64,000 nucleotides of DNA, taken from Azospirillum sp. (GTDB lineage: Bacteria; Pseudomonadota; Alphaproteobacteria; Azospirillales; Azospirillaceae). Both the position numbers and the translations under genes were made by a program. Position 1 is the first letter of the stretch. Each line of letters begins with the position of its first letter. The notes beneath the pieces are model-generated. The model saw nothing but the letters and a program-made list of their open reading frames with translations. It did not search any database and was not told the DNA's origin. This document shows, one piece after another, positions 1 through 10,953 of this stretch. Location: NCBI GenBank assembly GCA_031546725.1, contig JAVBJZ010000007.1, positions 788-64,787 on the forward strand, in the 5' to 3' direction.

Positions 1-11
1 CGCTGGCTCCG

Positions 12-662
12 ATGCCCACCGCATCGCACGCCGTTGTCATTCTGCACGGCCTCGGGCGCACACGGCGCTGCATGCGCCCGATGGCGCACGCCCTGGCGAC
101 GGCGGGTTTTCGCGTCGCCGATATCACCTACCCCAGCCTCATGCGCGGAATTACCGACCACGCCGCCCAGGTGGACCGCGTCCTCCTCGGCCTTGAGGGC
201 GCACAGACAGTATCCTTTGTCGGGCACAGCCTCGGTTGTCTGGTGATTCGGGCTTGCCTGGCCGGCGTGCGCCCATGGAACGGCGCACTGCGCCCAACGC
301 GAGCCGTGCTGATCGGGGGGCCAAACAACGGGGCGGCCTTCGCTGACGCCCTCAAGAATTTCAGCCCGTTCCGCACCACGGGGCCGAGCGGGCTGGCCTG
401 CACCACGGGGATGGCGCACACCGTCCCGCCCATGGCTGCCGATGTCGCCTTCGGCCTCATCGCCGGCGGCACGGGCAAGTCCGGCTACAACCCGTTCCTC
501 AACGGCGACAATGATGGCATTGTCAGCGTGCGGGAATCCCGCCTCGGCGGGGCCGCTGACTTTTTGCTCTTACCCTCGTTCCACACCTTCATCATGGCGC
601 ACCCCGCCGCCATAGCGGCGACAGCACGCTTCCTTCACACCGGCGGCTTCGCCACACCGTAA
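12..662 (+). CDS. alpha/beta-fold hydrolase (esterase/lipase-like)
   Basis: VILHGLGR oxyanion motif, nucleophile elbow GHSLG, DGIV and C-terminal His (FHTF). Confidence 0.85.
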   Translation: MPTASHAVVILHGLGRTRRCMRPMAHALATAGFRVADITYPSLMRGITDHAAQVDRVLLGLEGAQTVSFVGHSLGCLVIRACLAGVRPWNGALRPTRAVLIGGPNNGAAFADALKNFSPFRTTGPSGLACTTGMAHTVPPMAADVAFGLIAGGTGKSGYNPFLNGDNDGIVSVRESRLGGAADFLLLPSFHTFIMAHPAAIAATARFLHTGGFATP

Positions 663-680
663 GCGGCGTTCCTTCCCATA

Positions 681-725
681 GCTTACAGCCACACCCTTTA
701 CGGCCACGTCCTTTACGGCCACGCT
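681..725. repeat. 15-bp tandem repeat x3 (degenerate), intergenic
   Basis: GCTTACAGCCACACC / CTTTACGGCCACGTC / CTTTACGGCCACGCT at 681, 696, 711. Confidence 0.85.
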
Positions 726-729
726 ATAG

Positions 730-744
730 GTTCACTTTTTGTTC
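730..744 (+). promoter_or_regulatory. alphaproteobacterial LexA (SOS) box
   Basis: GTTC-ACTTTTT-GTTC, an exact GTTC-N7-GTTC match, 112 bp upstream of the ORF at 857. Confidence 0.65.
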
Positions 745-856
745 TTGAAGCCCGTACGGTCGCCTCCATATTTAGGGCCCGGCTTTATGGTTAACGCCAA
801 CGCAGCGCTCCCCGCAACGGATGGTGTGCGGGGCGCTTGTCTAGAGGACCCGAGCG

Positions 857-1645
857 ATGGGACGTATGAGCAAGACCGACACCACCGCTGAAACCAGTGG
901 GATGGAAAGCAAAACCAAAACACCGGAGAAAGCTGCGGTGAGCGCCCCGCGCGCTGATAGTCTCTATCTATGGAATCGCTTGAAGCGGACGGACCCGAAA
1001 GCAACCAAGCCTTTCGCCCGCCCCGGCGGCTTTCGCGGCACACAGATCGATCCGACTTGGCGCCTCCAGATGATGACCGAGGTGTTCGGTCCGGTCGGCA
1101 AGGGCTGGGGGTATGAACAGATGGACTGGACCATCGCCGAGCGCATGGTCTTCATCTGCGCCCATGTCTGGTACATCGACCCGCAAACCGGCCAAACATG
1201 CTGGACCGGCCCGCAATGGGGCGGCACCGAAATGCTGCGCCGGCGCAACGGAATCGAGGCGCCGGACGACGAATGCTTCAAGATGTCGATGACCGACGCG
1301 GTGGGCAAATGCCTGCTGCAATTGGGCCTCGGCGCTGACATCTACATGGGCCAGTTCGACGATTCCAAATACCGCGAGGAGTCCGAGGCCTATTACGCCA
1401 TCAAGGCCAACCCCGCGCTTCAGCCCGAGGCCATCCAGGCTTTCGAGAGCGAGGTGAAGGGGCGCCTGGACGCCTGTCTTGACCTGGATGATTTGGAAGA
1501 GGTCTGGCGCGCCGGCGTCAGCGTTCATCTGCGCGAGATCGGCACAGTGGACAAGGCGGCCCAGCACCGCATCACCGCTCTGTTCGCCCAGAAGAAGGGC
1601 GAAATCATCAAGCGCGAGGAGGCCGACGGTCGTGAGGCCGCGTGA
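857..1645 (+). CDS. phage-type Rad52/Rad22 (Sak-like) single-strand annealing protein, putative
   Basis: LWNRLKRTDP..TKPF...GGFRGTQIDPTWRLQMMTEVFGP.G.GWG and KMSMTDAVGKCLLQLGLGADIYMG resemble Rad52-like phage recombinases (from memory). RBS GAGGA at 844-848. Alternative start 866. Confidence 0.6.
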   Translation: MGRMSKTDTTAETSGMESKTKTPEKAAVSAPRADSLYLWNRLKRTDPKATKPFARPGGFRGTQIDPTWRLQMMTEVFGPVGKGWGYEQMDWTIAERMVFICAHVWYIDPQTGQTCWTGPQWGGTEMLRRRNGIEAPDDECFKMSMTDAVGKCLLQLGLGADIYMGQFDDSKYREESEAYYAIKANPALQPEAIQAFESEVKGRLDACLDLDDLEEVWRAGVSVHLREIGTVDKAAQHRITALFAQKKGEIIKREEADGREAA

Positions 1646-1651
1646 CGCCCC

Positions 1652-2017
1652 ATGCATGTCAAGGGAATGATGACCGCCCACACGGAACGTTCCCCCAGCG
1701 GCCTGTTCCGCATGTCCGTCTGGGAAAACGACATGGAACGCACCTACACGCAAATGCCGGCCTGGTATTGGAACCATGCTGAGCGGCGCTGGCATTTCGC
1801 CCGCTGGGTCGAGATGGAGGCCAGCGGCATGGCGATGCTGCTGGCGCGGCACCTGCGCTCGGACACCCCCTTGGAAACCGCCGGACCAACGCGCCGCATG
1901 CTTGACCTGCTGATGCATGACGCGCACTGGGCCCAGCGCGCCACCGAACAGCCTGCCGCCCAACAGCCTCCCGCCCCCTCTGGCCGGACAGCCGCGTGGC
2001 GTCAGGAAAAATCGTAA
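1652..2017 (+). CDS. hypothetical protein (Trp/Met-rich)
   Basis: Starts 6 nt after the upstream stop, same strand; no family recognised. Start may be 1667/1670. Confidence 0.6.
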   Translation: MHVKGMMTAHTERSPSGLFRMSVWENDMERTYTQMPAWYWNHAERRWHFARWVEMEASGMAMLLARHLRSDTPLETAGPTRRMLDLLMHDAHWAQRATEQPAAQQPPAPSGRTAAWRQEKS

Positions 2018-2034
2018 AGAAAGGACCAAAGGCG

Positions 2035-2343
2035 ATGACCATCGAGGAGGTCCAAGCCCGTCTGCGCGCAGCGCATGCCCGCATCGGGCATGAGGGCCGC
2101 TTCGCCCTGACCCTCATCTCCAGCAAAACCGACGAGGCATACCTCACGCATTGGTTCCGCCCCGACCCCACCGCCTTCGAGGAATGCAAGGCGGTGGGCT
2201 CCGGCGCCCTCACCGACTGTCTGGCGGCGCTGGAGCGCTATACCGCCGGTTATCACCGCCAACCCACGCCGGAGGAAATCGGTCGCACCCTCGGCCTGAT
2301 CCGATCAGCCGAAGGCCGCCGTTTCCTGATGGTCGCGGAGTGA
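2035..2343 (+). CDS. hypothetical protein
   Basis: ATG at 2035 (MTIEEVQARL) after AAAGGA; third gene of the apparent operon, convergent on tex. Confidence 0.65.
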   Translation: MTIEEVQARLRAAHARIGHEGRFALTLISSKTDEAYLTHWFRPDPTAFEECKAVGSGALTDCLAALERYTAGYHRQPTPEEIGRTLGLIRSAEGRRFLMVAE

Positions 2344-2350
2344 TGACGTC

Positions 2351-4690
2351 TTAGCGCTTCTTCTCCTTGGCCCGGGCGAACGCATCGGCGAAGGCGCCGC
2401 TGGGCGGGGCGACCTCGGCGCGGGGCTCCGCTGGCTTCTTCACCGCTGGCTTGCTCTGCTGGGCCTTGGCCGGCGCGGCGCGGCGCTCATCCCGTTGCCC
2501 CTCCCTCTGCGGCGATGGTGCGGCGACCGGCTCGCTCAGGCGCATGGTCAGGGCGATCCGCTTGCGCGGCAAGTCCACCTCTTGGACCTTCACCTTGACG
2601 ATGTCGCCGGCCTTCACCACCGCGTGCGGGTCCTTCACGAAGCTGTTGGCGAGCTGCGAGATATGCACCAGCCCATCCTGGTGCACGCCCACATCGACGA
2701 AAGCCCCAAAGGCGGTGACGTTGGTCACCACCCCCTCCAGCAGCATGCCGGGCTGGAGATCCTTCAGCTCGTTGACCCCCTCCTTGAACACGGCGGCCTT
2801 GAATTCCGGGCGCGGGTCACGGCCGGGCTTCTCCAGCTCTTTCAGGATATCCTCCACCGTCGGCAAGCCAAAGCGTGCGTCGGTGAAGTCCTCGGCGTTC
2901 AGCGACCGCAGGTAGCGCGCGTCCCCGATCACCGCGCTCAGTTCCTTGCCGAGCGTCTTCAAAATACGCTCGACCACCGGGTAGGCTTCGGGGTGCACGG
3001 CCGAACCGTCCAGCGGCGTGTCGCCACCCCGGATGCGCAGGAAGCCAGCGGCCTGCTCAAAGGTCTTCGGCCCGAGGCGCGACACCTCCAGAAGCTGCTT
3101 GCGCGACCGGAACGCGCCGTTGGCGTCGCGGTATTCGACGATGTTGCGGGCGGTGGTCTCATTCAGGCCGGACACGCGGGTCAGAAGCGGGATGGAGGCG
3201 GTGTTGAGATCGACACCGACGGCGTTCACGCAATCCTCAACCACCGCGTCCAGCGAGCGCGCCAGCTTCTGCGGGGCCACATCGTGCTGGTACTGGCCGA
3301 CACCGATGGATTTCGGCTCGATCTTCACCAACTCGGCCAGCGGGTCTTGCAGACGCCGCGCGATGGACACCGCGCCGCGCAGGCTGACGTCAAGCTGCGG
3401 GAACTCCGCCGCGGCGGTCGCTGAGGCCGAATACACCGACGCCCCGGCCTCCGACACCATGATCTTCGACAGCTTCAGTTCCGGGTGGCGGGCGAAGAGA
3501 TCGGCGACCAGCTTGTCGGTCTCGCGCGAGGCGGTGCCGTTGCCGATGGCGATCAGCTCCGCCTTGTGGCGCACGGCCAGCGCGGCGATAACGGCGATGG
3601 AGCCATCCCAATCGTTGCGGGGCTGGTGCGGGTAGATGGTGGAGGTCTCCACCAGCTTGCCGGTGGCGTCCACCACCGCAACCTTGACGCCGGTGCGGAT
3701 GCCCGGATCGAGGCCAATGGTGGAGCGCATGCCGGCGGGGGCCGCCAGCAGCAGATCGTGCAGATTGCGAGCGAAGACACGAATCGCCTCATCCTCGGCC
3801 TGTTCGCGCAGAGCTGCGGTCAAATCGGTTTCGATGTGCGGACCGATTTTCAGCTTCCAGGTCCAGCGCACCACATCGGCCAGCCATTTGTCCGCCGGAC
3901 GCCCCAGATCACGGATGCCGGTGTGAACCGCAATCGTGCCCTCGGCTGGATGCTTGGCTCCCGGCTCGACATCCAGGTCAAGGCGCAGGTCAAGCACACC
4001 CTGGGCGCGGGCGCGGAACAGCGCCAGCGCGCGGTGCGACGGGATCTGTTTCCACGACTCGGAAAAGTCGAAATAATCGGAGAATTTGGCGCCCTCGGCC
4101 CGCTTCTCCTCAACGACCTTTGAGAAGATCTTGCCTTGCTCCGCCATGGTCGTGCGCAGGCGACCGACCAATTCGGCATCCTCGCCAAAACGCTCAACCA
4201 GAATATGCCGGGCGCCGTCCAGCGCCGCCTTGACGTCGGCCACTTCCTTGGCGGGATCGACAAAAGCGGCGGCCTCGGCCTCCGGCGCCTTGCCGGGATC
4301 AGCCAGCAACTGGTCGGCCAGCGGCTCCAACCCCGCCTCACGGGCGATCTGCGCCTTGGTGCGGCGCTTGGGCTTGTAGGGAAGGTAAAGGTCTTCCAGG
4401 CGCGTCTTGGTGTCCGCCGCCTGGATCTGCCCCGCCAGCTCCGGCGTCAGCTTGCCTTGCTCCTGGACGGAAGCGAGAATCGCGGCGCGGCGATCCTCCA
4501 ACTCGCGCAGATAGCCCAGCCGCTCCTCAAGCGTGCGGAGGTGCGTGTCGTCAAGGCCGCCGGTGGCCTCCTTGCGGTAGCGCGCGATGAAGGGAACCGT
4601 CGAGCCTTCGTCAAGCAAGGTGACGGCGGCGGCGACCTGATTTTCGCGGACCTGGAGTTCGTCGGCGATGCGCTGGCTGATCGAAAGCAT
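2351..4690 (-). CDS. tex: Tex family RNA-binding transcriptional accessory protein
   Basis: [21 protein letters not shown]-terminus, YqgF-like [11 protein letters not shown], HhH motifs, C-terminal S1 domain ([17 protein letters not shown]). Confidence 0.97.
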   Translation of the reverse strand: MLSISQRIADELQVRENQVAAAVTLLDEGSTVPFIARYRKEATGGLDDTHLRTLEERLGYLRELEDRRAAILASVQEQGKLTPELAGQIQAADTKTRLEDLYLPYKPKRRTKAQIAREAGLEPLADQLLADPGKAPEAEAAAFVDPAKEVADVKAALDGARHILVERFGEDAELVGRLRTTMAEQGKIFSKVVEEKRAEGAKFSDYFDFSESWKQIPSHRALALFRARAQGVLDLRLDLDVEPGAKHPAEGTIAVHTGIRDLGRPADKWLADVVRWTWKLKIGPHIETDLTAALREQAEDEAIRVFARNLHDLLLAAPAGMRSTIGLDPGIRTGVKVAVVDATGKLVETSTIYPHQPRNDWDGSIAVIAALAVRHKAELIAIGNGTASRETDKLVADLFARHPELKLSKIMVSEAGASVYSASATAAAEFPQLDVSLRGAVSIARRLQDPLAELVKIEPKSIGVGQYQHDVAPQKLARSLDAVVEDCVNAVGVDLNTASIPLLTRVSGLNETTARNIVEYRDANGAFRSRKQLLEVSRLGPKTFEQAAGFLRIRGGDTPLDGSAVHPEAYPVVERILKTLGKELSAVIGDARYLRSLNAEDFTDARFGLPTVEDILKELEKPGRDPRPEFKAAVFKEGVNELKDLQPGMLLEGVVTNVTAFGAFVDVGVHQDGLVHISQLANSFVKDPHAVVKAGDIVKVKVQEVDLPRKRIALTMRLSEPVAAPSPQREGQRDERRAAPAKAQQSKPAVKKPAEPRAEVAPPSGAFADAFARAKEKKR

Positions 4691-4779
4691 GACAGGACGT
4701 GACCATGGTGAATGCAAAGCGGTCCTATACCCCGGAGGAGACGCTGCGTGCCAGGGGGGATTCGGCGATGAATTTACGG

Positions 4780-7700
4780 TTACTTCAAGAATGAGAGAAC
4801 CAACCCCTTCTGTGGAGAGGCCAAGGCGGCGATCTGCTCATCGGTGAAGGCCTGGACATTGCTGGCTCCAAGATCCGCAATCTGCGTCATGGTCAACCCT
4901 TTGACCGCCGCTGTCGTCAGCCATTGCGCGTTCGCGCCGGAATGATCGTTTCCAGTGCTCAAGAGGTCATTAAGCAATGCCGTGGACATGACGGAGAGCT
5001 GGGTCGCGGTGAAGCCTTTCATCTGCGCCGAACTCAGATTATCCAGGACATCCGTTGCAAACGCCTTGACCTGCGCGGTCGAGAGAGCGGCGATTTGCGT
5101 CGCGGCCAGCCCATGGACATGCTCGGCGTCCAAGTCCCCGATCTGGCCGGACGACAAGGCCCTGATCTGCGTCACGGTCAGGTCTTTGATAAGATTTTTG
5201 TCCCAATGGGCGACATCCAGGGCGGAAATGGACACACCGCTGACAAACTTCTCTGCGTAAGGCGTAACCCCGTACAGACCCAAGAGCGCATCAACCTGGC
5301 TGGTGTTCATCGCCCCCACCTGCGCCAGGGTAAGTCCCTTGAGCTGGTTGGCGCTCAGATCGCCAATTTGGTCCGCCGTCAAGACTTTGATCTGGTTAAC
5401 GGTCATCGCACCGATCTGTCCGGCGTTCAAACTATCGAACAGATCGGTGGGATCAGCCGCCGTCCCCGTCAGAAGCGTGATCTGGTCCGAGGACAGAGCC
5501 CGGATCTGGGCTGTGGTCAGGGCGCCGACATTGGCCGCGCCCAGACCTGTAATACCCGACCCCAGAGCGGTGATGCTGGCCGCGGACAAGGCCACGACTT
5601 GATTTGTTGACAAACGGGCCAGATCAGCCTGAGCAATTCCTTTCATTTGGGCTGCGGACAAGGCGGCGACCTGGGTCGTGGTCAGAGCCGCAGCCCGATC
5701 CGTTGCGAGCGCGCCAATCTGCGTCGTCGTGAGAGCCCTGATCTGAGCGTTGGTCAGCGCGGAAATTTGGGCGTCCGTCAGATTAGCGACATCCAAAGCA
5801 GCGATCTGCGCCGTGGTCAGGCCTGCGACATCGCTGGTTTTCATCCCCATAATCTGCGTCGCGGTCAAAGCCGCGAGCTGGGCCGCGGACAAAGCGTTGA
5901 TCTGGGTGGCGGTCAGGGCCCTGACCCCATCGGCGGTCAAGCCAGAAAGCTGCAACGGCGACAAGGCGCTTATGGTCAACTTCGCAATCTGCGCCGCCGA
6001 AAGGACGCTGATTTCGTCTCTCGTCAACGCCGCAGAGAGCGTGCTGATGAGGGTGGCAGGCACATCGCTGATATCAAGGGCGCCTCCCGCCGAATAAGGA
6101 GCTTTCAGCTTGCTCGCAAGTATAGTTTTCTGATCGACCGTAAGCCCGATTAATTGCTGATCCGTCAAGGCGTCAACCTGCGGACGGGTTAATGATAAAA
6201 GTTGCGTTATGGAAAAATTACTTAGATTAGCGCCGATGAGCGCCCGAAACTGCGTCAGCGGCAACGCCTGGATCTGCGCCGTCGTCAAGTCACTGATGCC
6301 GCCAAGCAAGAGAGAAAGGTCCAATCCTGCGATCTGAGTGAAAGTCAAGCTCTGGATCTGTGCTTTGCTGAGCGTCATCGTGCTTAAGATGGCGTTAAGC
6401 TGCGCTGAAGACAAAGCCGCGATCTGGCCTTTGGTGGCAGGGGTGCTGATGCTCAGATCCCAGATCTGTACCTGCGTCAACTTCTGAAACCAGCCGGGGC
6501 TCACACCGGCAAGCTGAGCATTCGTCAAGCTGTCGATTTGCTCCTTCTCTTTCTTGAGATCACCACCCGTCAGGGCTTGGACCTGATACTTATCCAGCGC
6601 CTCAAGCTGCGTGGCCGTCAGCGCCGCCACTCCCCTTGGGAGTAGATTCCAAATAAGATTTCCCTCCAGACCTTGAATTTGGGTTGGCGTCAAGGTCTTG
6701 ATGAGAGAATCTTTCTTAAGAAGATCGGTTATATCATAGTACTGTAGCGCATCATTTAGCGAAAAATCTGAGTAATTAATCGAAAAACCTAAAGAACTAT
6801 AGTAATTATACAGTGATTCAAAATCATTTAAAATTTCTTTTTTCATTATTGCCGCTTGATTTAAATTAAAACTCTTAATACATTCAACAGCTTCCCAATA
6901 ATAATAAACCGTTGATGAGTTCCAATACGCATCAATATTCCGGCACACATCTAAAATTTGCGCAGATGTTGTACCTTTTGTCTGACCAATTGTCATTACA
7001 CCGAATTGGTCGACCGTCAACACGCCACCCATAGCGCCAATCTGCGTTGCTGAAAGGGCTTTGAATTGGGTGAGCGACAGTTTGTCGAACGGTATTTCCT
7101 TGGTTTGGGAAGGGTTCAGGGCCGCAAACTGGGTCTTGGTGAATCCCCTCACCTGATCTGTTGTCAGCCCGCGAATCTGTGTCTCGCTAAAACCCTTGAC
7201 CGCAGCCGTGGTGAGGTTGCCGATCTGCGTTCTCGTCAGCGCATTGAGTTGGGCCATGGTCAAATCGGCAATCTGGGCCGCCGTAAAGCCCGCAACCGCA
7301 GCCGTGGTCAATATACCGATCTGTACAGGCGTCAATCCATCGATCTGGTCCATGTCCGCGTTTGCACCCGTTCCCCCAGCGCTCAAACGAGCAAGCTGGG
7401 TGGCGGTCAATGCGGCGACGGCATCGTAATCCAAGGCGCCAATCTGCGTAGAGTTCAATGCTGCAAATTGAACGGTGCTCAAAGAACCAAGCATGGCCCC
7501 GTTCAACGCACCGATAGCCATGGTGGTGAGATGACTGATTTGCGAATCGGTAAAGGCTGCAATCTGATTTTTTGTGAAAATGTTAATGTCCTCTGGCGTC
7601 AAACCAGCAACCGCTAAGGAATCCAGTTTCTTGATTTGCGATGTTGTTAACACTCCGAGTTGGGTTCTTGTCAGAATACCAACAGCGGTTTCATCCAACT

Positions 7701-8286
7701 GCCCCACTTGCGTCACGGACAGCCGGCCAATCAATGCGCTGTCCAAGCCAAGAATCGCCCCAGTGCTCAGCGCGGCGAACTGGGTATCGCTCAGCGCATT
7801 CAGCTTGGCGCCCAAAGCACGGGCGTTCACCGTGTCCAGCTTGGCGATCTGGGCCGTGGTCAACGTGGCAAGAATTTCAGCACTCAACCCGGCGATTTGA
7901 CTGTTCGTTAGGGCATCGAACTGATCAGCGCTCAACTTCCGCATCAACACCGCAGTTTTACTGATGTCTGCAATAACAGCGGCGCTAAGCTTGCCAACAT
8001 CCAACGCCGCTATGGCGCCTGACGGTATCTTCTTAAATTGATCGATCGTCAAAGCGCCGATCGCCGAGGTGGACAAAGCCGCCACCCTGTCAGCGGGGGC
8101 GTCGCCGACGCTTCCCGCGCCCGTCAGCAGCAACGCAAACACGTCAGGTCTGAAGGCCAGAACTTGCGTTCCCGTAAGAAAAGCTATGCTTGCAGCGTCC
8201 CAATCAGCCGGCGCAAAAGTAGAAGCGGACCACCCGCTTATGATGCTTGTGCTTAAATTTTCGACACCGGCCCGGTCATACGGCAT
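4780..8286 (-). CDS. large 8-residue-period (L-T/S-x-x-Q-I) repeat protein, putative surface/secreted solenoid
   Basis: 1168-aa ORF with dozens of LTxxQIxxL units, RBS AAGGA upstream, no signal peptide, non-repeat insert at about 6705-6950. Confidence 0.85.
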   Translation of the reverse strand: MPYDRAGVENLSTSIISGWSASTFAPADWDAASIAFLTGTQVLAFRPDVFALLLTGAGSVGDAPADRVAALSTSAIGALTIDQFKKIPSGAIAALDVGKLSAAVIADISKTAVLMRKLSADQFDALTNSQIAGLSAEILATLTTAQIAKLDTVNARALGAKLNALSDTQFAALSTGAILGLDSALIGRLSVTQVGQLDETAVGILTRTQLGVLTTSQIKKLDSLAVAGLTPEDINIFTKNQIAAFTDSQISHLTTMAIGALNGAMLGSLSTVQFAALNSTQIGALDYDAVAALTATQLARLSAGGTGANADMDQIDGLTPVQIGILTTAAVAGFTAAQIADLTMAQLNALTRTQIGNLTTAAVKGFSETQIRGLTTDQVRGFTKTQFAALNPSQTKEIPFDKLSLTQFKALSATQIGAMGGVLTVDQFGVMTIGQTKGTTSAQILDVCRNIDAYWNSSTVYYYWEAVECIKSFNLNQAAIMKKEILNDFESLYNYYSSLGFSINYSDFSLNDALQYYDITDLLKKDSLIKTLTPTQIQGLEGNLIWNLLPRGVAALTATQLEALDKYQVQALTGGDLKKEKEQIDSLTNAQLAGVSPGWFQKLTQVQIWDLSISTPATKGQIAALSSAQLNAILSTMTLSKAQIQSLTFTQIAGLDLSLLLGGISDLTTAQIQALPLTQFRALIGANLSNFSITQLLSLTRPQVDALTDQQLIGLTVDQKTILASKLKAPYSAGGALDISDVPATLISTLSAALTRDEISVLSAAQIAKLTISALSPLQLSGLTADGVRALTATQINALSAAQLAALTATQIMGMKTSDVAGLTTAQIAALDVANLTDAQISALTNAQIRALTTTQIGALATDRAAALTTTQVAALSAAQMKGIAQADLARLSTNQVVALSAASITALGSGITGLGAANVGALTTAQIRALSSDQITLLTGTAADPTDLFDSLNAGQIGAMTVNQIKVLTADQIGDLSANQLKGLTLAQVGAMNTSQVDALLGLYGVTPYAEKFVSGVSISALDVAHWDKNLIKDLTVTQIRALSSGQIGDLDAEHVHGLAATQIAALSTAQVKAFATDVLDNLSSAQMKGFTATQLSVMSTALLNDLLSTGNDHSGANAQWLTTAAVKGLTMTQIADLGASNVQAFTDEQIAALASPQKGLVLSFLK

Positions 8287-8475
8287 AATCCGTCCTTATA
8301 GGAAAAGCACTCTCAATTTTCCGGCTTCCGCAAAGCATTAAGATGCAGCGCCAGCCTAGGTGTTATTGCAAACCGCCTCATGTCTTGTCAGCCCTCAAAT
8401 ACCGGGCAGCAACAAAATCCCATGGCGCAACCGTCATACGCCGCCTCGATCCACCCCCTTCCCTTGGAGCTTTCC

Positions 8476-8817
8476 ATGATCGCCGTCATCTTCGAGGTCT
8501 GGCCCACGCCAGAGGGCAAGGGCGACTATTTTGACATCGCCGCCAGCCTGCGGCCTGAGCTGGAGCGCGTTGACGGCTTTCTATCCGTTGAGCGCTTCCA
8601 GAGTCTCACGGACCCTGCCAAGCTGCTGTCGCTCTCCTTCTGGCGTGATGAGGCCGCGGTGACGGCATGGCGGACCCACGCTGAACACCGCAACGCCCAA
8701 GCCCAGGGGCGCGGTCATGTCTTTCAGGATTATCGCCTGCGGGTCGCCGCCGTCATGCGTGATTACGGCATGACCGAACGCGAAGCGGCGCCAGGGATCT
8801 TCGCGGATAAGGCATAG
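8476..8817 (+). CDS. antibiotic biosynthesis monooxygenase (ABM) family protein
   Basis: MIAVIFEV..P, GFLSVERFQSL, LSLSFWRDE, HRNAQAQGR..F.DYRLRVA motifs. Confidence 0.9.
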   Translation: MIAVIFEVWPTPEGKGDYFDIAASLRPELERVDGFLSVERFQSLTDPAKLLSLSFWRDEAAVTAWRTHAEHRNAQAQGRGHVFQDYRLRVAAVMRDYGMTEREAAPGIFADKA

Positions 8818-8919
8818 CCAGCGCGGCGCTATCGCGCCCAAGGCCTCGTTTTCTTCTTGCAAGAACGAAGAGGAAAGACTCTTACTTGACGAGCAGTCCT
8901 TGACGTCAGGTCTCCGGCC

Positions 8920-10953
8920 TTGAGTCTTCTGGTATCCGCAATCGCCTCTCTTCTGCTGCTGGCGGCGGTGGGAATGGCGGCGCCCCGGTCTTCGTTCACA
9001 CGCGGCATCGTGTATGGCGGGACGGCGGTGACCTGCGCGGCGACCACGCTGTGGGCGCTCCTGACTCTGGCCAAGGGCGGCGATCCCGTGGCGGTGGTGC
9101 TGCCTATCGGTCTGCCCTGGCTGCACGCTCATTTTCGCGCCGATGCGCTGTCGGTCTTTTTCTTGCTGGTGATCAACCTGACCGGCGCCACCGCCAGCCT
9201 GTTCGGCTGGGGGTATGAGCGCGCGCAGCACGATTCCCCTGGCGATCACCGGGCCGGGCCCGTGCTGCCGCTGTTCGCGCTGTTCATCGCCGGGATGAAT
9301 TTGGTGCTGGTCGCCGACGACGCCTATGTTTTCCTGGTGTCGTGGGAGTTCATGTCGCTGACCTCCTGGCTGCTGGTGCTGTCCACCCACCGCGACCCCG
9401 ACACGCCGCGCGCCGCGCGCGTCTATTTGATCATGGCGAGCTTTGGGACTTTGTGCCTGCTGCTCGCCTTCGGTCTGCTGGCGGGGGCGCACGGTGATTA
9501 CAGCTTTGCGGCGATCCGCAGCCACCCGCCCGCCACCGGGGCGGCGACGCTGTGCGTGTTGCTGGTGCTGGCCGGGGCGGGATCGAAGGCCGGCGTGGCG
9601 CCGCTGCACGTCTGGCTGCCGCTGGCCCATCCGGCGGCCCCCAGCCATGTGTCCGCCCTGATGTCCGGCGTCATGACCAAAGTCGCCATCTACGCCATGA
9701 TCCGCGTGATTTTCGATCTGGTCGGCGAACCGCTGTGGTGGTGGGGCGGCGTCATGCTGGCGTTCGGCGCGCTCACCGCGGTCATGGGCGTCTTGTATGC
9801 GTTGATGCAGGATGATGTGAAGCGCCTCCTGGCCTTTTCGACGGTGGAGAACATCGGCGCCATCGTCATCGCCCTGGGCATGGCGCTGGTCTTCAAGGCG
9901 GCGCATGTGCCGGTGATCGCAGGGCTGGCCCTGTCGGCGGCGCTGCTGCACGTGATCAACCATTCGCTGTTCAAAAGCCTGCTGTTCTTCGGCGCGGGCG
10001 CGGTGCTGTGCGCCACGCGCAGCCGGGATCTGGGGAGCATGGGCGGGCTGATCCACCGCATGCCGCACACGGCGCTGTTCATGCTGGTGGGGGCCGCCGC
10101 CATCTCCGCCCTGCCACCGCTCAACGGCTTCGTCGGCGAGTGGCTGCTGTTCCAGGCGATCCTCAACGGACCGGCGTTGCCGCAATGGTCGCTGAAGATC
10201 CTCATCGCCGTGGTCGGGGCGGCGGTGGCGTTGGCGGCGGCGCTGGCGGCGGCGTGTTTCGTGCGCCTGTACGGAACGGCGTTCCTCGGCCGCCCCCGCT
10301 CCCCCCAAGCAGCGCAGGCGCAGGAGGTCGGCTTGGCCATGCGGTTGGGCATGGCGATACCGGCGGTGCTGTGCGTACTGCTCGGCGTGCTGCCAACCCC
10401 GCTCATCCGCCTGTTCGCACCGGCGACGCGCCTGATGGTGGAGGCGGGACCGTTCGACGACCGCGCCTACCAATCCTGGTTCTGGCTGGCCCCCACCTCG
10501 GCAATCGGCAATTCGTACAATGGCCTGATCATGGCGGTGGTCATCGCCTTGCTGTCGCTGCTGCTGATCACGGCGATTCACCGCTGGGCCTCGAACCGTG
10601 TGCGCCGCTCAATCCCCTGGGGTTGCGGCTATGATGACCCGGACCCGACCGCCATCATCCAATACAGCCCCTCCAGCTTCAGCCAGCCGATCCGCCGCAC
10701 CTTTGGCGCATCGGTGTTCCGCGCCCGCGATCATGTCGATATGCCCGAGCCGGGGGACATCCGCCCCGCGCGTTTCCGCATGAGCTGGATCGACCCGGCC
10801 TGGCATTTGATCTTCACCCCCATCGGGCGGGCCGTGGACCGCCTCGCCGATCTGGTCAACCCTTTGCAATTCCTGACGATCCGCCGCTACCTGACGCTGA
10901 TGTTCATGGCCCTGGTGGCGTTGCTGATCCTGGTGGCGGTGGCGCAACAATGA
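8920..10953 (+). CDS. hyfB: Hyf/Ehr complex antiporter-like membrane subunit (HyfB/NuoL-like)
   Basis: FLVSWEFMSL, SKAGVAPLHVWLPLAHPAAPSHVSALMSG, KRLLAFSTVENIG, LPPLNGFVGEW. TTG start. Confidence 0.92.
   Translation: MSLLVSAIASLLLLAAVGMAAPRSSFTRGIVYGGTAVTCAATTLWALLTLAKGGDPVAVVLPIGLPWLHAHFRADALSVFFLLVINLTGATASLFGWGYERAQHDSPGDHRAGPVLPLFALFIAGMNLVLVADDAYVFLVSWEFMSLTSWLLVLSTHRDPDTPRAARVYLIMASFGTLCLLLAFGLLAGAHGDYSFAAIRSHPPATGAATLCVLLVLAGAGSKAGVAPLHVWLPLAHPAAPSHVSALMSGVMTKVAIYAMIRVIFDLVGEPLWWWGGVMLAFGALTAVMGVLYALMQDDVKRLLAFSTVENIGAIVIALGMALVFKAAHVPVIAGLALSAALLHVINHSLFKSLLFFGAGAVLCATRSRDLGSMGGLIHRMPHTALFMLVGAAAISALPPLNGFVGEWLLFQAILNGPALPQWSLKILIAVVGAAVALAAALAAACFVRLYGTAFLGRPRSPQAAQAQEVGLAMRLGMAIPAVLCVLLGVLPTPLIRLFAPATRLMVEAGPFDDRAYQSWFWLAPTSAIGNSYNGLIMAVVIALLSLLLITAIHRWASNRVRRSIPWGCGYDDPDPTAIIQYSPSSFSQPIRRTFGASVFRARDHVDMPEPGDIRPARFRMSWIDPAWHLIFTPIGRAVDRLADLVNPLQFLTIRRYLTLMFMALVALLILVAVAQQ

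Noticed and set aside
857-2343. Intact or cryptic prophage
   Set aside because: No integrase, att-like repeats, structural or lysis genes; host-like GC.
6705-6950. Diversity-generating retroelement variable region
   Set aside because: No reverse transcriptase or template repeat in the window, and the position is internal; A-richness alone is insufficient.
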